DNA of 64,000 nt from an uncultured Acidobacteriota bacterium (lineage in GTDB: Bacteria > Acidobacteriota > Terriglobia > Acidiferrales > UBA7541): assembly GCA_963836145.1 (NCBI GenBank), contig CAWIIJ010000012.1, forward strand, positions 107,142 through 171,141, read 5' to 3'. Shown here piece by piece: positions 1-9,447 of the stretch (within the stretch, counting starts at the first letter, position 1; each line of letters opens with the position of its first letter). The notes beneath the pieces are model-generated. The model was not told the origin of the DNA. It ran no database searches and saw only the letters and a list, made by a program, of their open reading frames with translations. Both the position numbers and the translations under genes were made by a program.

Positions 1-160
1 CGGGCGTCCCATTCTACGGATGGAGCGTCGGCGCCCGCGGCCACATTCATCTTTGTGCCGGGCCGCACGAGGCGCACGATGGAGTGGCCCTGCCGCTTGA
101 GAGTTTCGACCAGCGCCGTGCCCACGAGTCCCGTCGAGCCTGAAACCAGAACGCGCATAT
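1..160 (-). CDS. SDR-type NAD-binding epimerase-family protein (YfcH/TIGR01777-like), N-terminal 53 codons only; rest lies beyond the left window edge
   Basis: Reverse-strand ATG at 158-160. Hand translation gives MRVLVSGSTGLVGTALVETLKRQGHSIVRLVRPGTK..., a Rossmann GxxGxxG N-terminus. Absent from the ORF track because it is truncated. Confidence 0.6.
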
Positions 161-330
161 GGTAGGTCTCCCTGTTCTCTCCCCACGCTACGGCCCGGGC
201 GCGGGCGAGGTCAAATGGATTTCGGAAACATAAGGTTCAAAAAAGTTGAACGATTCGAAAGAACAATTCAAAAGAATGAAGCGGCAGGACTTGCTTCGCC
301 CCTTGTGGTCGAAACGTTTATCCGGGCTCG

Positions 331-366
331 AATCCAAACCCGACAGGCTGAAAGCCTGTCCTACTC
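331..366. repeat. REP-like palindrome, family R1 (AAACCCGACAGGCTGAAAGCCTGTCCTAC)
   Basis: Hairpin GACAGGCT-GAAA-GCCTGTC. Near-identical copy at 15924-15952. Confidence 0.85.
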
Positions 367-415
367 GAGCGGTCCTACTCGCGCAGTGGAACTTTCCGTT
401 GGGCGCGGCTAGAAT

Positions 416-1135
416 GTGCCCATGCGCGTGCGTGTGCTTTTCTTTGGACGGCTAAAGGACATCGTGGGCAGGGCCGAGGAGCAGGCCGAACTGTCGGAAG
501 GGGCGCGTGTGGAGGATCTTTTCGAGCGCTACGGCAGGAGTTTTCCGGAACTGGCCAAGTTCCGTACTTCGGTGGTGGCTTCCGTGAACCAGGAATTTTC
601 GGAGTGGCGCGCGCCGCTCGCTTCCGGAGACGAGGTTGCGTTTCTTCCGCCCGTCAGCGGGGGAGCAATCCCGGCGGGCGCAGCGATCGAAGAAAACTTG
701 TGCGCGCTGGTGCGCGTGCCGATCGAGACTTCGGAGATTGTGGCGCAGCTGAAAGCCCCGCCCGACGGCGCGGTCGTCGTGTTCGAAGGAATTGTGCGCA
801 ATCATTCCGGCGGGCGCCCCACCTTGTATCTGGAATATGAGGCTTACGAGTCCATGGCCCTGGCAAAAATGCGCGAAATTGGCGCCGAAATGCGAGAACG
901 ATTTTCGATTCGGTGTTACGCCATGATTCACCGGCTGGGGCGGCTGGAAATCGGCGAGACTTCGGTTCTGATCGTGGTGTGCTCGGCGCACCGCGGCGCT
1001 GCCTTCGATGCCTGCCGCTATGGCATCGACACCCTCAAGCGCAACGTGCCCATCTGGAAGAAGGAGTTCTTCCGCGATGGCGCCGTGTGGGCTGAAGGAG
1101 AAATCCCTTCCCCTCGCGATGAACCCTCGCGGTGA
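416..1135 (+). CDS. moaDE: molybdopterin synthase MoaD-MoaE fusion protein
   Basis: aa 1-83 are MoaD-like and end in LPPVSGG (GG codons 659-664). The C-terminal ~145 aa are MoaE (VVVFEGIVRNHSGG, PIWKKE). The start may be ATG 422. Confidence 0.9.
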   Translation: MPMRVRVLFFGRLKDIVGRAEEQAELSEGARVEDLFERYGRSFPELAKFRTSVVASVNQEFSEWRAPLASGDEVAFLPPVSGGAIPAGAAIEENLCALVRVPIETSEIVAQLKAPPDGAVVVFEGIVRNHSGGRPTLYLEYEAYESMALAKMREIGAEMRERFSIRCYAMIHRLGRLEIGETSVLIVVCSAHRGAAFDACRYGIDTLKRNVPIWKKEFFRDGAVWAEGEIPSPRDEPSR

Positions 1136-2196
1136 ACCGCCTGAGCAATCCTTTTCGCGCTCGCAGGAATCGTATTTCTGTGCCGATATCGCCATTTCCC
1201 AATCGCTTTCATTACAATTCTGCGGTTGGCAAGAATGCCAGGGGCGCAGCCTGCCTGCGCAAGGCAATCGCCTTGGGATCCTGCGTCGTTCTGGTGGCGT
1301 TGTTTTTCGTTGCGGAGCTCAAACCGGCTGCGGCGCGCGAAGATAGCGATCAGGACCAGCGCGGCCGCATCCGCTCGGAAGTCACCTTGGTCAGCCTGCT
1401 GGCCAGCGTGCTGGACAATGACGGGCGTCCCGCGCTGGGTCTCACGGCGGACCAATTCGAGGTTTACGAAGAGGGCGTCAAACAAAAGATCGAAGTCTTC
1501 GAACCGGAAACGCAGCAACCCCTGGACCTGGCGCTGATGATCGATTCGAGCCTGAGCGAAATCAAGGAACTGGAGTTCGAGGAAGACGCCGCGTCGCGAT
1601 TTATCCAGAAGCTGGTGCGTCCCGCGGATCGCCTGGCGGTGTACGAATTTGCCGACGCAGTCTCTCAACTCGCGCCGTTTTCTTCAAGCGTGCCCTTCCT
1701 GCAGGCCTCCTTGCGTCGCATCGTCCCCGGTGACGGTACGGCCCTTTATGATGCGATCTTTCTGGGGTCACAGGCGCTGACCAGAAATCCGGCCGGGCGG
1801 CGGCGCGCCATCGTGCTTGTTACCGACGCCGGCGAGACCACCAGCCGAGCCGATTTTGAGACCGCCCGACGGGCCGCCCTGCGCGCCGACGCCCTCCTGT
1901 ACACCATCGTTGTGCGCGCCGTGAAAAACGAGGGTGGACGCAATACTGCGGGAGAGCACGCCCTCGAGACCATCGCCGACTCGACCGGAGGCGCCATCTA
2001 TTTCCCGGATTCCATCGCTCAACTCGGCGACATGTTTGACCTGATCGACCGCGAACTCCGCACCCAATACCGCATCGCCTACTATCCTAATCCGCGGCCC
2101 CCTGCTGGCACCTTCCGCACCCTGCAAGTCCGAGCCAAGTGCCAATGCACAGTGCGAAGCCGGCAAGCTTATTATTCAGGCGGCCGTCTGGATTGA
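1132..2196 (+). CDS. VWA domain-containing protein (Acidobacteria-type VWFA family)
   Basis: MIDAS-like DLALMIDSSLS, then VLVTDAGE, and a C-terminal YRIAYYP. N-terminal hydrophobic segment LGSCVVLVALFFVA. The GTG start overlaps the moaE stop (GTGA). TIGR03436 family name is from memory. Confidence 0.8.
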   Translation: MNRLSNPFRARRNRISVPISPFPNRFHYNSAVGKNARGAACLRKAIALGSCVVLVALFFVAELKPAAAREDSDQDQRGRIRSEVTLVSLLASVLDNDGRPALGLTADQFEVYEEGVKQKIEVFEPETQQPLDLALMIDSSLSEIKELEFEEDAASRFIQKLVRPADRLAVYEFADAVSQLAPFSSSVPFLQASLRRIVPGDGTALYDAIFLGSQALTRNPAGRRRAIVLVTDAGETTSRADFETARRAALRADALLYTIVVRAVKNEGGRNTAGEHALETIADSTGGAIYFPDSIAQLGDMFDLIDRELRTQYRIAYYPNPRPPAGTFRTLQVRAKCQCTVRSRQAYYSGGRLD

Positions 2197-2351
2197 GGAA
2201 TTGTCGTTGCTGGCGGGTGGTGCGTGATTCGCGCTAGTCAGTCTCCGTCCGCCGTTTGCCGATTGCTGTGTGGCGGATTTCCTACTTAAACCTCGTGCCT
2301 ACTTAAGCTGCGCGATTTCTGGCATGATTTAGGCAGAGGGTCTGACAGCGC

Positions 2352-3155
2352 ATGAATTCATTTCTTGATGTGGCGATCGAAACGGCTCGGGAGGCAGGGG
2401 CGATTCTGCTGGCGGAATTCGACCGGCCGGTGAAGATCAGCTACAAGGGAGAAGTGGATATTGTGACGCAGGCGGACAAGCGATCCGAGCAGGCGATTGT
2501 CTCCCGGCTGCGGAGCCATTTCCCCAAGCACGCCATTGTGGCCGAAGAAGGTGGCGGCAGGGAAAGCGAGTCCCCCTTCCGCTGGCACGTCGATCCGCTC
2601 GACGGCACGACGAACTTCGCGCATGGCTACCCATGTTTCGCGGTCTCCCTGGGGTTGGAGGAAGCGGGTGAACTCATCGCCGGACTGATTTTTCAGCCGG
2701 TCAGCGGCGAACTTTTCACCGCCGCCAAAGGAGAAGGGGCATACCTGAACCAAAAGAAAATCGAAGTGTCTCGCATTGAAAAGCTGGCCACGAGTTTGCT
2801 GGCCACCGGCTTTCCGAGCAACAAGCGCGCCCAAAATCCCAATATTCGCTACTACTGGGATTTTACCTTGCGCTCTCACGGGGTGCGCCGTGACGGCTCG
2901 GCCGCGCTGGACCTCGCGGCAGTGGCTTGTGGACGGTTCGAAGGTTTCTGGGAGTTTGGCCTGCACACCTGGGACACGGCGGCAGGCGTTTTGCTGGTGC
3001 GCGAGGCTGGGGGCGCAGTAACCCAATTCGATGGCCAGCCCTACCGGTTGGGAGATCGGGAACTTCTGGCTTCGAACAGCCGGGTTCATGACGAGATGAA
3101 GGAAGTCGCGATGTCCATCGCCCAGCGGGCGGCGTCCAATCCACTGCTGCCGTAA
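2352..3155 (+). CDS. suhB: inositol monophosphatase family protein
   Basis: WHVDPLDGTTNFAHG and WDTAAG motifs. Confidence 0.9.
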   Translation: MNSFLDVAIETAREAGAILLAEFDRPVKISYKGEVDIVTQADKRSEQAIVSRLRSHFPKHAIVAEEGGGRESESPFRWHVDPLDGTTNFAHGYPCFAVSLGLEEAGELIAGLIFQPVSGELFTAAKGEGAYLNQKKIEVSRIEKLATSLLATGFPSNKRAQNPNIRYYWDFTLRSHGVRRDGSAALDLAAVACGRFEGFWEFGLHTWDTAAGVLLVREAGGAVTQFDGQPYRLGDRELLASNSRVHDEMKEVAMSIAQRAASNPLLP

Positions 3156-3293
3156 CCCCCGATCTTCGGTTTCGAACGGCTTCCCTGAAGGGAATTGGAT
3201 GTTCCCATTTTGCACATTGGCCCCTAATACGCTGCATTGACCAGCGTTCAAGCGAATGTTAGGCTTGAACCAGTGGCTTGTATTTACTGAGGG

Positions 3294-4214
3294 ATGATGG
3301 GGAACAGCGTTACGTTTCCGGTTCCGGGAAATCCGGGAGCGGGCGAAAAAATTTCGCGATGGATTGGCCGATGGCGCCAGGGCGGAATTGAAACCTACTC
3401 CGCAGGCGAAGCTCTGAAACCTTCGACGGCGTGGCGGTATGGGGATCGGTTTGCCGTCACGGACGAACGCATCTGGCTGGACGCCCTCCCAAGCGCATTC
3501 CGTGGATTGCGCGTGGTACAAATTTCCGATATTCACCACGGCCTTTTTCTTCCTAAAGAGTGGCTCTCCGCGGCCGTCCGCCAGGCCAACCGTCTGAATC
3601 CAGACATCATTGCCCTTACGGGAGACTTCGTCACCTACTCGCGGCGGAATATTGGGCCGGCGGCGGAACTCCTTGGGCGCCTCCGGGCCCGCTATGGGGT
3701 TTACGCCGTTTTGGGCAATCACGACTTTCGGGTCGATGCCGACGCCATAACGCTGGCGTTGCGGCGGCAGCGGATTGACGTCCTGCGCAACCGGCACGTG
3801 ACTCTGGCTCTCGGCGGTCAGTCCGTCTACCTCGCTGGAGTCGACGATTACGGCTACGGGGCGGACTTACGGCGCGCGGTACGCGGAGTTCCCCGCGACG
3901 CGGTCACGATCCTGCTGGCACACAATCCCCGCGTGATTCACCTGGCTTCCCGGAATAACGTGAGTCTGGTCCTCTCCGGACACACGCACGGCGGGCAGGT
4001 AAACCTGCCGTTGCTTGGCACCGTGTACGGGCGCTCGCCGGAGCGCTTGCGGTACAAGATCGGCTGGGACCGCATGGGCACCACGCAAATTTATGTCAGC
4101 CGGGGGATTGGCACGATTGTCCTGCCGTGGAGACTTCGCTGCCCGGCGGAAATTACGCATCTTGAACTTTTCCAGGGCGCCTCTAGCATTTCCCGCTCGG
4201 CAGCCGCGGATTGA
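3294..4214 (+). CDS. metallophosphoesterase (calcineurin-like)
   Basis: Motifs SDIHHG, GDFV, GNHD and GHTHGGQ in canonical order. Confidence 0.85.
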   Translation: MMGNSVTFPVPGNPGAGEKISRWIGRWRQGGIETYSAGEALKPSTAWRYGDRFAVTDERIWLDALPSAFRGLRVVQISDIHHGLFLPKEWLSAAVRQANRLNPDIIALTGDFVTYSRRNIGPAAELLGRLRARYGVYAVLGNHDFRVDADAITLALRRQRIDVLRNRHVTLALGGQSVYLAGVDDYGYGADLRRAVRGVPRDAVTILLAHNPRVIHLASRNNVSLVLSGHTHGGQVNLPLLGTVYGRSPERLRYKIGWDRMGTTQIYVSRGIGTIVLPWRLRCPAEITHLELFQGASSISRSAAAD

Positions 4215-4226
4215 TCCCACAAGCGC

Positions 4227-5537
4227 ATGCGTACGATTGATCTGATCCGCCGGAAGCGGGATGCGGGCGAACTAACTCCAGCAGAGATTCAACAACTGAT
4301 CGCCGCTTATACCCGCGGCGATGTTCCCGATTATCAAATGTCCGCCTGGCTTATGGCGGTCGTGCTTCGCGGCATGAGCCGCCCGGAAATCGCGGCGCTC
4401 ACGGAGGCCATGCTGCACTCCGGCAGCGTTCTGGATTTTTCCGATTTGCCGGGGCGCAAAGTGGATAAGCATTCCACGGGAGGCGTGGGCGACAAGACTT
4501 CTCTGGTCATCGCGCCAATCGTGGCGGCCGGCGGCCTGAAAGTTCCCATGATCAGCGGGCGCGGCTTGGGCCACAGCGGCGGCACGCTGGACAAGCTGGA
4601 ATCCATTCCCGGATTTAACGTCAATCTGACGCTTGCTGAATTCCGGCGCGTCCTGGAAACCTGCGGATGCGCCCTGATCGGGCAAACCGCCGAGATTGCT
4701 CCGGCCGACAAGAAGATGTACGCGCTGCGCGACGTCACCGCAACGGTTGAAAGCCCGGCGCTGATTTGCGCCTCGATCATGAGCAAGAAGCTGGCCGAGG
4801 GCATCGACGCTCTGGTGCTCGATGTGAAGACGGGATCCGGCGCGTTCATGAAAAATATCGAGGATGCGGAAAACCTTGCGGGATTGCTGGTTGATACCGG
4901 GAAGCGCATGGGCAAGAATGTCGTCGCGCTCCTGACGGACATGAATCAGCCCCTCGGGCGCAAGGCCGGAAACTCGATGGAAGTTGCGGAAGCTCTCGAA
5001 GTTCTGGCCGGCGCCGGGCCTGCGGACCTGCGCGAGCTTTGCCTGGAGCTCGCGGCATGGATGTTTTACGTCGGAGAGCGAGTGAAGACGCTCGAAGAAG
5101 GGAAGAAGCTGGCCTCGGATTTGATCCTATCCGGGCAGGCGCGCGAAAAATTCCGTGAAATCGTGGGCCTGCAGGGCGGCGATGTGGGAGTGGTGGACGA
5201 TCCTGCGCGCCTGGCGCGTGCGCGGCAGACTCTGATCGTTACGAGCGCCAGCGGCGGATTCGTTTCCGCAATCCAGTGCGAACAGCTTGGCGTGGCCGGT
5301 GTGATCCTGGGCGGCGGCCGGGAAAAGAAGGAAGACCAGATCGATCCCGCCGTGGGCCTTGAATTTCACAAGCGCATCGGCGATGCCGTCGAGCGCGGCG
5401 AGCCGCTCTGCACGCTGCATTACAACTCCGAAGCGCGGCTGGCCGAAGCCCGCATGCTGGCCCAAACCGCATATCGCATCCAGCCGGAGAAACCGCAGTC
5501 CGTCCCTCCGCTCATCTATCGAACGATCGGCGCTTAA
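4227..5537 (+). CDS. deoA: thymidine / pyrimidine-nucleoside phosphorylase
   Basis: KHSTGGVGDK and SGRGLGHSGGTLDKLE motifs; typical 436-aa length. Confidence 0.92.
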   Translation: MRTIDLIRRKRDAGELTPAEIQQLIAAYTRGDVPDYQMSAWLMAVVLRGMSRPEIAALTEAMLHSGSVLDFSDLPGRKVDKHSTGGVGDKTSLVIAPIVAAGGLKVPMISGRGLGHSGGTLDKLESIPGFNVNLTLAEFRRVLETCGCALIGQTAEIAPADKKMYALRDVTATVESPALICASIMSKKLAEGIDALVLDVKTGSGAFMKNIEDAENLAGLLVDTGKRMGKNVVALLTDMNQPLGRKAGNSMEVAEALEVLAGAGPADLRELCLELAAWMFYVGERVKTLEEGKKLASDLILSGQAREKFREIVGLQGGDVGVVDDPARLARARQTLIVTSASGGFVSAIQCEQLGVAGVILGGGREKKEDQIDPAVGLEFHKRIGDAVERGEPLCTLHYNSEARLAEARMLAQTAYRIQPEKPQSVPPLIYRTIGA

Positions 5538-5755
5538 AATCGCTCCGGGCATATTGTCTTTTTCCCCGGCGGTCGCAAAGAGGAAAGAGCGCCTGCTCAC
5601 TTGACACCCATCCTGACAGTTGCCGTGATCGCTGCCCGCTAACCGCGCAGTTTGCGAATCGTGCACATCATGATTTCCACATCCCGGGCGCTTCTCCGGC
5701 GTGTTACTGTGACGGGCATTTCCCGGGTATTTGCCGGGACGCGAGGTGGCGCTGA

Positions 5756-6991
5756 ATGGGCCGATTCACAGGCTTGCTGGGGTTGCTGACCATGCTCGGG
5801 CTGGCCTATTTGTTTTCGACCAACCGGCGCGCGATCAAGCTGAAATTGGTGATTTGGGGTTTGACTTTGCAGATCGCCTTCGCGTTTCTGGTGTTTTACT
5901 GGACGTTCGGGCAAATGCTTTTTTTTCGCGCCGGCAACGGAGTGAATAGGCTTCTCGCCTACACGTTTGTGGGATCGGAATTTGTGTTCGGTGAATTGGG
6001 CAAGCAGCGCTCCTCGATCGGATTCATCTTCGCATTTCAGGTTTTGCCGGCGATCATCTTCATCGCATCGTTGTTTGCATTGCTGTACTACCTCGGCATC
6101 ATGCAGGTGCTGATTCGCGGGGCGGCCTGGGTGATGCAGCGGGTGATGGGCGCGAGCGGCGCGGAATCCCTGAACGTCGCGGCGAGCATCTTCATGGGGC
6201 AGACCGAAGCGCCGCTGACGATCCGGCCATTCCTGCCGGACTTGACGCAATCCGAGCTGATGACCATCATGACCAGCGGCATGGCGCACGTGTCGGGCGG
6301 AATCATGGCGGCGTATATTGCTTTTGGAGTCGAGGCGCGGCACCTGCTGACGGCCGTTATCATGACGGCGCCGGGCACGCTGCTGATTTCCAAAATGCTG
6401 GTGCCGGAAACCGAGCAGCCCAAAACGATGGGCGTCGTGCACATGGAAAATGTGGAGCACGACTCGAATTTTTTGGCGGCCATCGCCCGCGGCACGGGCG
6501 AGGGGCTGGCCATGGCGGTGAACGTCGGCGCGATGCTGGTGGCGTTCCTGGCGCTCATCGCGCTGACCAACGGCATCATGGGCGGGATTCACAACTTCCT
6601 CGGCGGGCACGGCATTTTGTGGTTTCCTACCAGCCTGCAGCAGGTTTTCGGCTGGGCCTTCGCTCCGGTGGCGTTTATTATCGGCGTGCCATGGCATAAC
6701 TGCGTGCAGATTGGAAATCTGCTCGGCACGCGCATGGTGCTGAACGAATTGGTGGCCTTTTCGTTTCTGGGCCCCATGAAAGGCGCTCTCGACCCGCGCT
6801 CGTTTACCATCGCCACATTCGCGCTGTGCGGCTTTGCGAATTTCAGTTCCATTGGAATGCAGATCGGCGGCATCGGCGCGCTGGCGCCCAACCAGAAGAA
6901 CCAGCTGGCCAAGTTCGGCATCCGCGCGATGCTCGCCGGAACGATGGCGAACCTGATGTCCGCTTCGATCGTGGGGATGTTTTTGAAATGA
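5756..6991 (+). CDS. nupC: concentrative nucleoside transporter, NupC family
   Basis: Polytopic membrane protein with SIFMGQTEAPL, GMAHVSGG and CGFANFSSIG motifs. Confidence 0.9.
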   Translation: MGRFTGLLGLLTMLGLAYLFSTNRRAIKLKLVIWGLTLQIAFAFLVFYWTFGQMLFFRAGNGVNRLLAYTFVGSEFVFGELGKQRSSIGFIFAFQVLPAIIFIASLFALLYYLGIMQVLIRGAAWVMQRVMGASGAESLNVAASIFMGQTEAPLTIRPFLPDLTQSELMTIMTSGMAHVSGGIMAAYIAFGVEARHLLTAVIMTAPGTLLISKMLVPETEQPKTMGVVHMENVEHDSNFLAAIARGTGEGLAMAVNVGAMLVAFLALIALTNGIMGGIHNFLGGHGILWFPTSLQQVFGWAFAPVAFIIGVPWHNCVQIGNLLGTRMVLNELVAFSFLGPMKGALDPRSFTIATFALCGFANFSSIGMQIGGIGALAPNQKNQLAKFGIRAMLAGTMANLMSASIVGMFLK

Positions 6992-7854
6992 GCGCTTCCC
7001 GTACCGCAAAAGCAAAACCCAGCCAGGAATTTCTGCGCGCTGACGCTGCGGCAAAATTCATCCTGGGCAAAACAAAATTGCGTCCGCGTATCGGTTTGGT
7101 GCTGGGCAGCGGGCTGGGCGCCTTTGCGGACGGAATGGCCGGCGCCGCGCGCATCGAGTACAGGGCCATTCCGCACTTCCCGAGGTCAACCGCCATCGGG
7201 CATGCCGGGCGCATGGTGATCGGCCCGGTGACCGACGTGCCGGTCGCCGTGATGCAGGGGCGCGTGCACTTGTATGAGGGCTATTCACCGAGCGAAGTGA
7301 TTTTTCCGATTCGCGTAATGGCCCGCATGGGAATCGGGGCCGTGCTGATCACCAATGCCGCCGGCGGAATCAACACGAATTTCAGGCAGGGATCGCTGGT
7401 AGTTTTGCGCGATCACATCAATTTGCAGGGGCGGAATCCGCTGATCGGGCCGAACGACGAGCACTTCGGCGCACGCTTTCCCGACATGACGCAGGTGTAC
7501 TGGAAACCGTACCAGGCCGTGGCGCTGCAGGACGGCAAGCGCCTGGGAATTGAAATTGCCGAGGGCGTGTACGCGGCCATGACCGGACCTAGCTACGAGA
7601 CACCCGCGGAAATCCGCTACCTGCGCGCGATTGGCGCTGACGTTGTGGGAATGTCCACCGTGCCGGAAGTGATTGCCGCCGCGCACCTGGGAATTCGCGT
7701 GCTGGGAATTTCGTGCGTGACGAATATGGCCGCGGGAATTCTGGACCAGCCCATCACGACCGAAGAAGTCATGCAAACCGGCGAGCGCGTGAAGGCGGAC
7801 TTTGTAGCGCTGCTGCGGGCGGTGATTCCACGCATGAGCAAGGACCTGCCATGA
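6988..7854 (+). CDS. punA: purine nucleoside phosphorylase (trimeric PNP type)
   Basis: Track ORF 6826.. trimmed to ATG 6988, which overlaps the nupC stop as ATGA. Motifs GLVLGSGLG, HLYEGY and MSTVPEV. Confidence 0.9.
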   Translation: MSASRTAKAKPSQEFLRADAAAKFILGKTKLRPRIGLVLGSGLGAFADGMAGAARIEYRAIPHFPRSTAIGHAGRMVIGPVTDVPVAVMQGRVHLYEGYSPSEVIFPIRVMARMGIGAVLITNAAGGINTNFRQGSLVVLRDHINLQGRNPLIGPNDEHFGARFPDMTQVYWKPYQAVALQDGKRLGIEIAEGVYAAMTGPSYETPAEIRYLRAIGADVVGMSTVPEVIAAAHLGIRVLGISCVTNMAAGILDQPITTEEVMQTGERVKADFVALLRAVIPRMSKDLP

Positions 7855-8267
7855 ACGAGCATGACCGGGCGCGAAGTGCCGGCCATGACGCGCTGATCGC
7901 CGCGGCGCGCACCGCGCGCGAGCACGCCCATGCGCCCTACTCCAATTTCCGCGTAGGCGCTGCGGTGCGCGCGAAGTCCGGAAGAATTTTCACCGGCTGC
8001 AACGTCGAGAATGCCACATTCGGACTGACGCTGTGCGCCGAGCGCGTGGCCGTCTTCAAGGCCATTTCGGAGGGTGAGCGCGGGTTTGACGCCGTGGCCG
8101 TAGTTGCGGATACCGGCGTCCTGACGCCGCCCTGCGGCGCGTGCCGCCAGATTCTGTGGGAATTCTGCGGCGACGCCGAAGTGATCCTCGCGAACCTTGG
8201 CGGCAAGCTGGAACGCTATCGCATGTCGGAACTATTGCCGAAGCCGTTTGACGGTTCGTACTTGTGA
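7851..8267 (+). CDS. cdd: cytidine deaminase
   Basis: Track ORF 7713.. trimmed to ATG 7851, which overlaps the PNP stop as ATGA. Zinc motifs CAERVA and PCGACRQ. Confidence 0.9.
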   Translation: MNEHDRARSAGHDALIAAARTAREHAHAPYSNFRVGAAVRAKSGRIFTGCNVENATFGLTLCAERVAVFKAISEGERGFDAVAVVADTGVLTPPCGACRQILWEFCGDAEVILANLGGKLERYRMSELLPKPFDGSYL

Positions 8268-8336
8268 CGCGCGATTGGCCGACGCCGGCCGTTTCGCAAC
8301 TACCTCGATTCGATAATCCGTTTTGGACCATGGAGC

Positions 8337-8396
8337 GCCCGCTTTCAGGCGGGCATCTGCTCGGTTACAAAGTGTCCGCCTGAAGGCGGACGCTAC
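8337..8396. repeat. two REP-like hairpins with CTGAAG/CTTTCAG centres
   Basis: GCCCGC-TTTCAG-GCGGGC at 8337-8354 and GTCCGC-CTGAAG-GCGGAC at 8374-8391, followed by GCTAC. Confidence 0.8.
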
Positions 8397-8492
8397 AAAA
8401 GGTGCCAAATATGAGTTCTCACATGGACTCTTTCGGCCCTGGCGTTCCAAGGCTGCGCGCCGAACCAGCATCTATGAGATGGCTATGGCTTC

Positions 8493-9440
8493 TTAGTCGC
8501 GCGCCGAGGAGCGCTGGCGCTGGAGGCGCATGGCGGAGGTGCGCAGCGTATCGGCGACATTCTTGTTGCTGGTCATGAATTTCAGGTCCAGCGGCTTCAG
8601 GTGCGGCAAAAGGTGCAAGGTCACTTCCAGGGGCGTCTTGGGATTGAACATCAGGCCCCGAAGAATGCTGTAGTTCTTGCGGAATTTGCGGTTGCCGGCG
8701 ATCAGCCGAAGCGTCTCGTCGCTAAGGCTGGCCATGTTCGCGAACGATTCCACTTCCTGTTCGGATAATTGCGGCGATTGCAGGACGGCGCGTTGCACGA
8801 TCTTGCAGGGATCGCGGATCAGCAGGAGGCGCTCATCGCGGCCGCCCTTGAGCGCGCGCTGCACGCGCTCCACGACGCGCATGTGCGACAATTTTTGCAG
8901 CAGCGTTTGACGCTTTGCCGCGTCCTGCTCCGCCGCTTCCACAGCTTCCACGAAGGCTTCGATGGGTTCCGGCTCGGCGCGTTGCAACTCCAGCAGCTGC
9001 CCGCGCTGTTCGGCATTGATTACTGAGGAGGCAATAAGCTCCGCTACCAGCGCCGGCGAAGTGCTCAGCCGGTCGAGGTCCTCGAATAATTCTTGAACCG
9101 CGGTGACCGAGAGGTAGCGAATGACCGGCCGAAGAACTTCGATGGGGCAGGTGGTATTTTGGGCCAGTGCGTCCGCCACGCCGGGTCTGCGGGGAAACTC
9201 GGCGGCGCAGTAGGCGAACATTTCCGGCGCCGCTCCCGGCCGCGCCAGCGCCGTGAGCACATACTTCAGCGGCTGCGTCAGCAAAACGCCGGCAGCTTTT
9301 TGACGCACCGAGGAATCGGAATCTGCCGCCAGAACACAGAGGGTTTCAACGCGATTTTCCGGCTCGAGCGAAGCCGCATCGGCGCAAATTTCCAGCTTGC
9401 GTTCACGGGTCGCGCGGCCCGAACGAATTTCCTCGCGCAA
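8493..9440 (-). CDS. hypothetical alpha-helical repeat protein
   Basis: 315-aa ORF lying 7 nt downstream of rodZ on the same strand. No family recognised; HEAT-like repeats are possible. Confidence 0.6.
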   Translation of the reverse strand: MREEIRSGRATRERKLEICADAASLEPENRVETLCVLAADSDSSVRQKAAGVLLTQPLKYVLTALARPGAAPEMFAYCAAEFPRRPGVADALAQNTTCPIEVLRPVIRYLSVTAVQELFEDLDRLSTSPALVAELIASSVINAEQRGQLLELQRAEPEPIEAFVEAVEAAEQDAAKRQTLLQKLSHMRVVERVQRALKGGRDERLLLIRDPCKIVQRAVLQSPQLSEQEVESFANMASLSDETLRLIAGNRKFRKNYSILRGLMFNPKTPLEVTLHLLPHLKPLDLKFMTSNKNVADTLRTSAMRLQRQRSSARD

Positions 9441-9447
9441 TGCCGAA

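Noticed and set aside
215-455. Small ORFs 215..412 and 246..455, and similar ones elsewhere encoding ...DRLKACPT... peptides.
   Set aside because: They are translations of the R1 palindromes. The same peptide-like strings recur wherever the repeat occurs, in both orientations.
2358-7054. Large antisense ORFs 2358..3797 (479 aa) and 5639..7054 (471 aa).
   Set aside because: They lie opposite clearly recognisable suhB/phosphoesterase and nupC genes. Their Arg/Pro/Gly-rich composition is typical of non-coding frames in GC-rich DNA.
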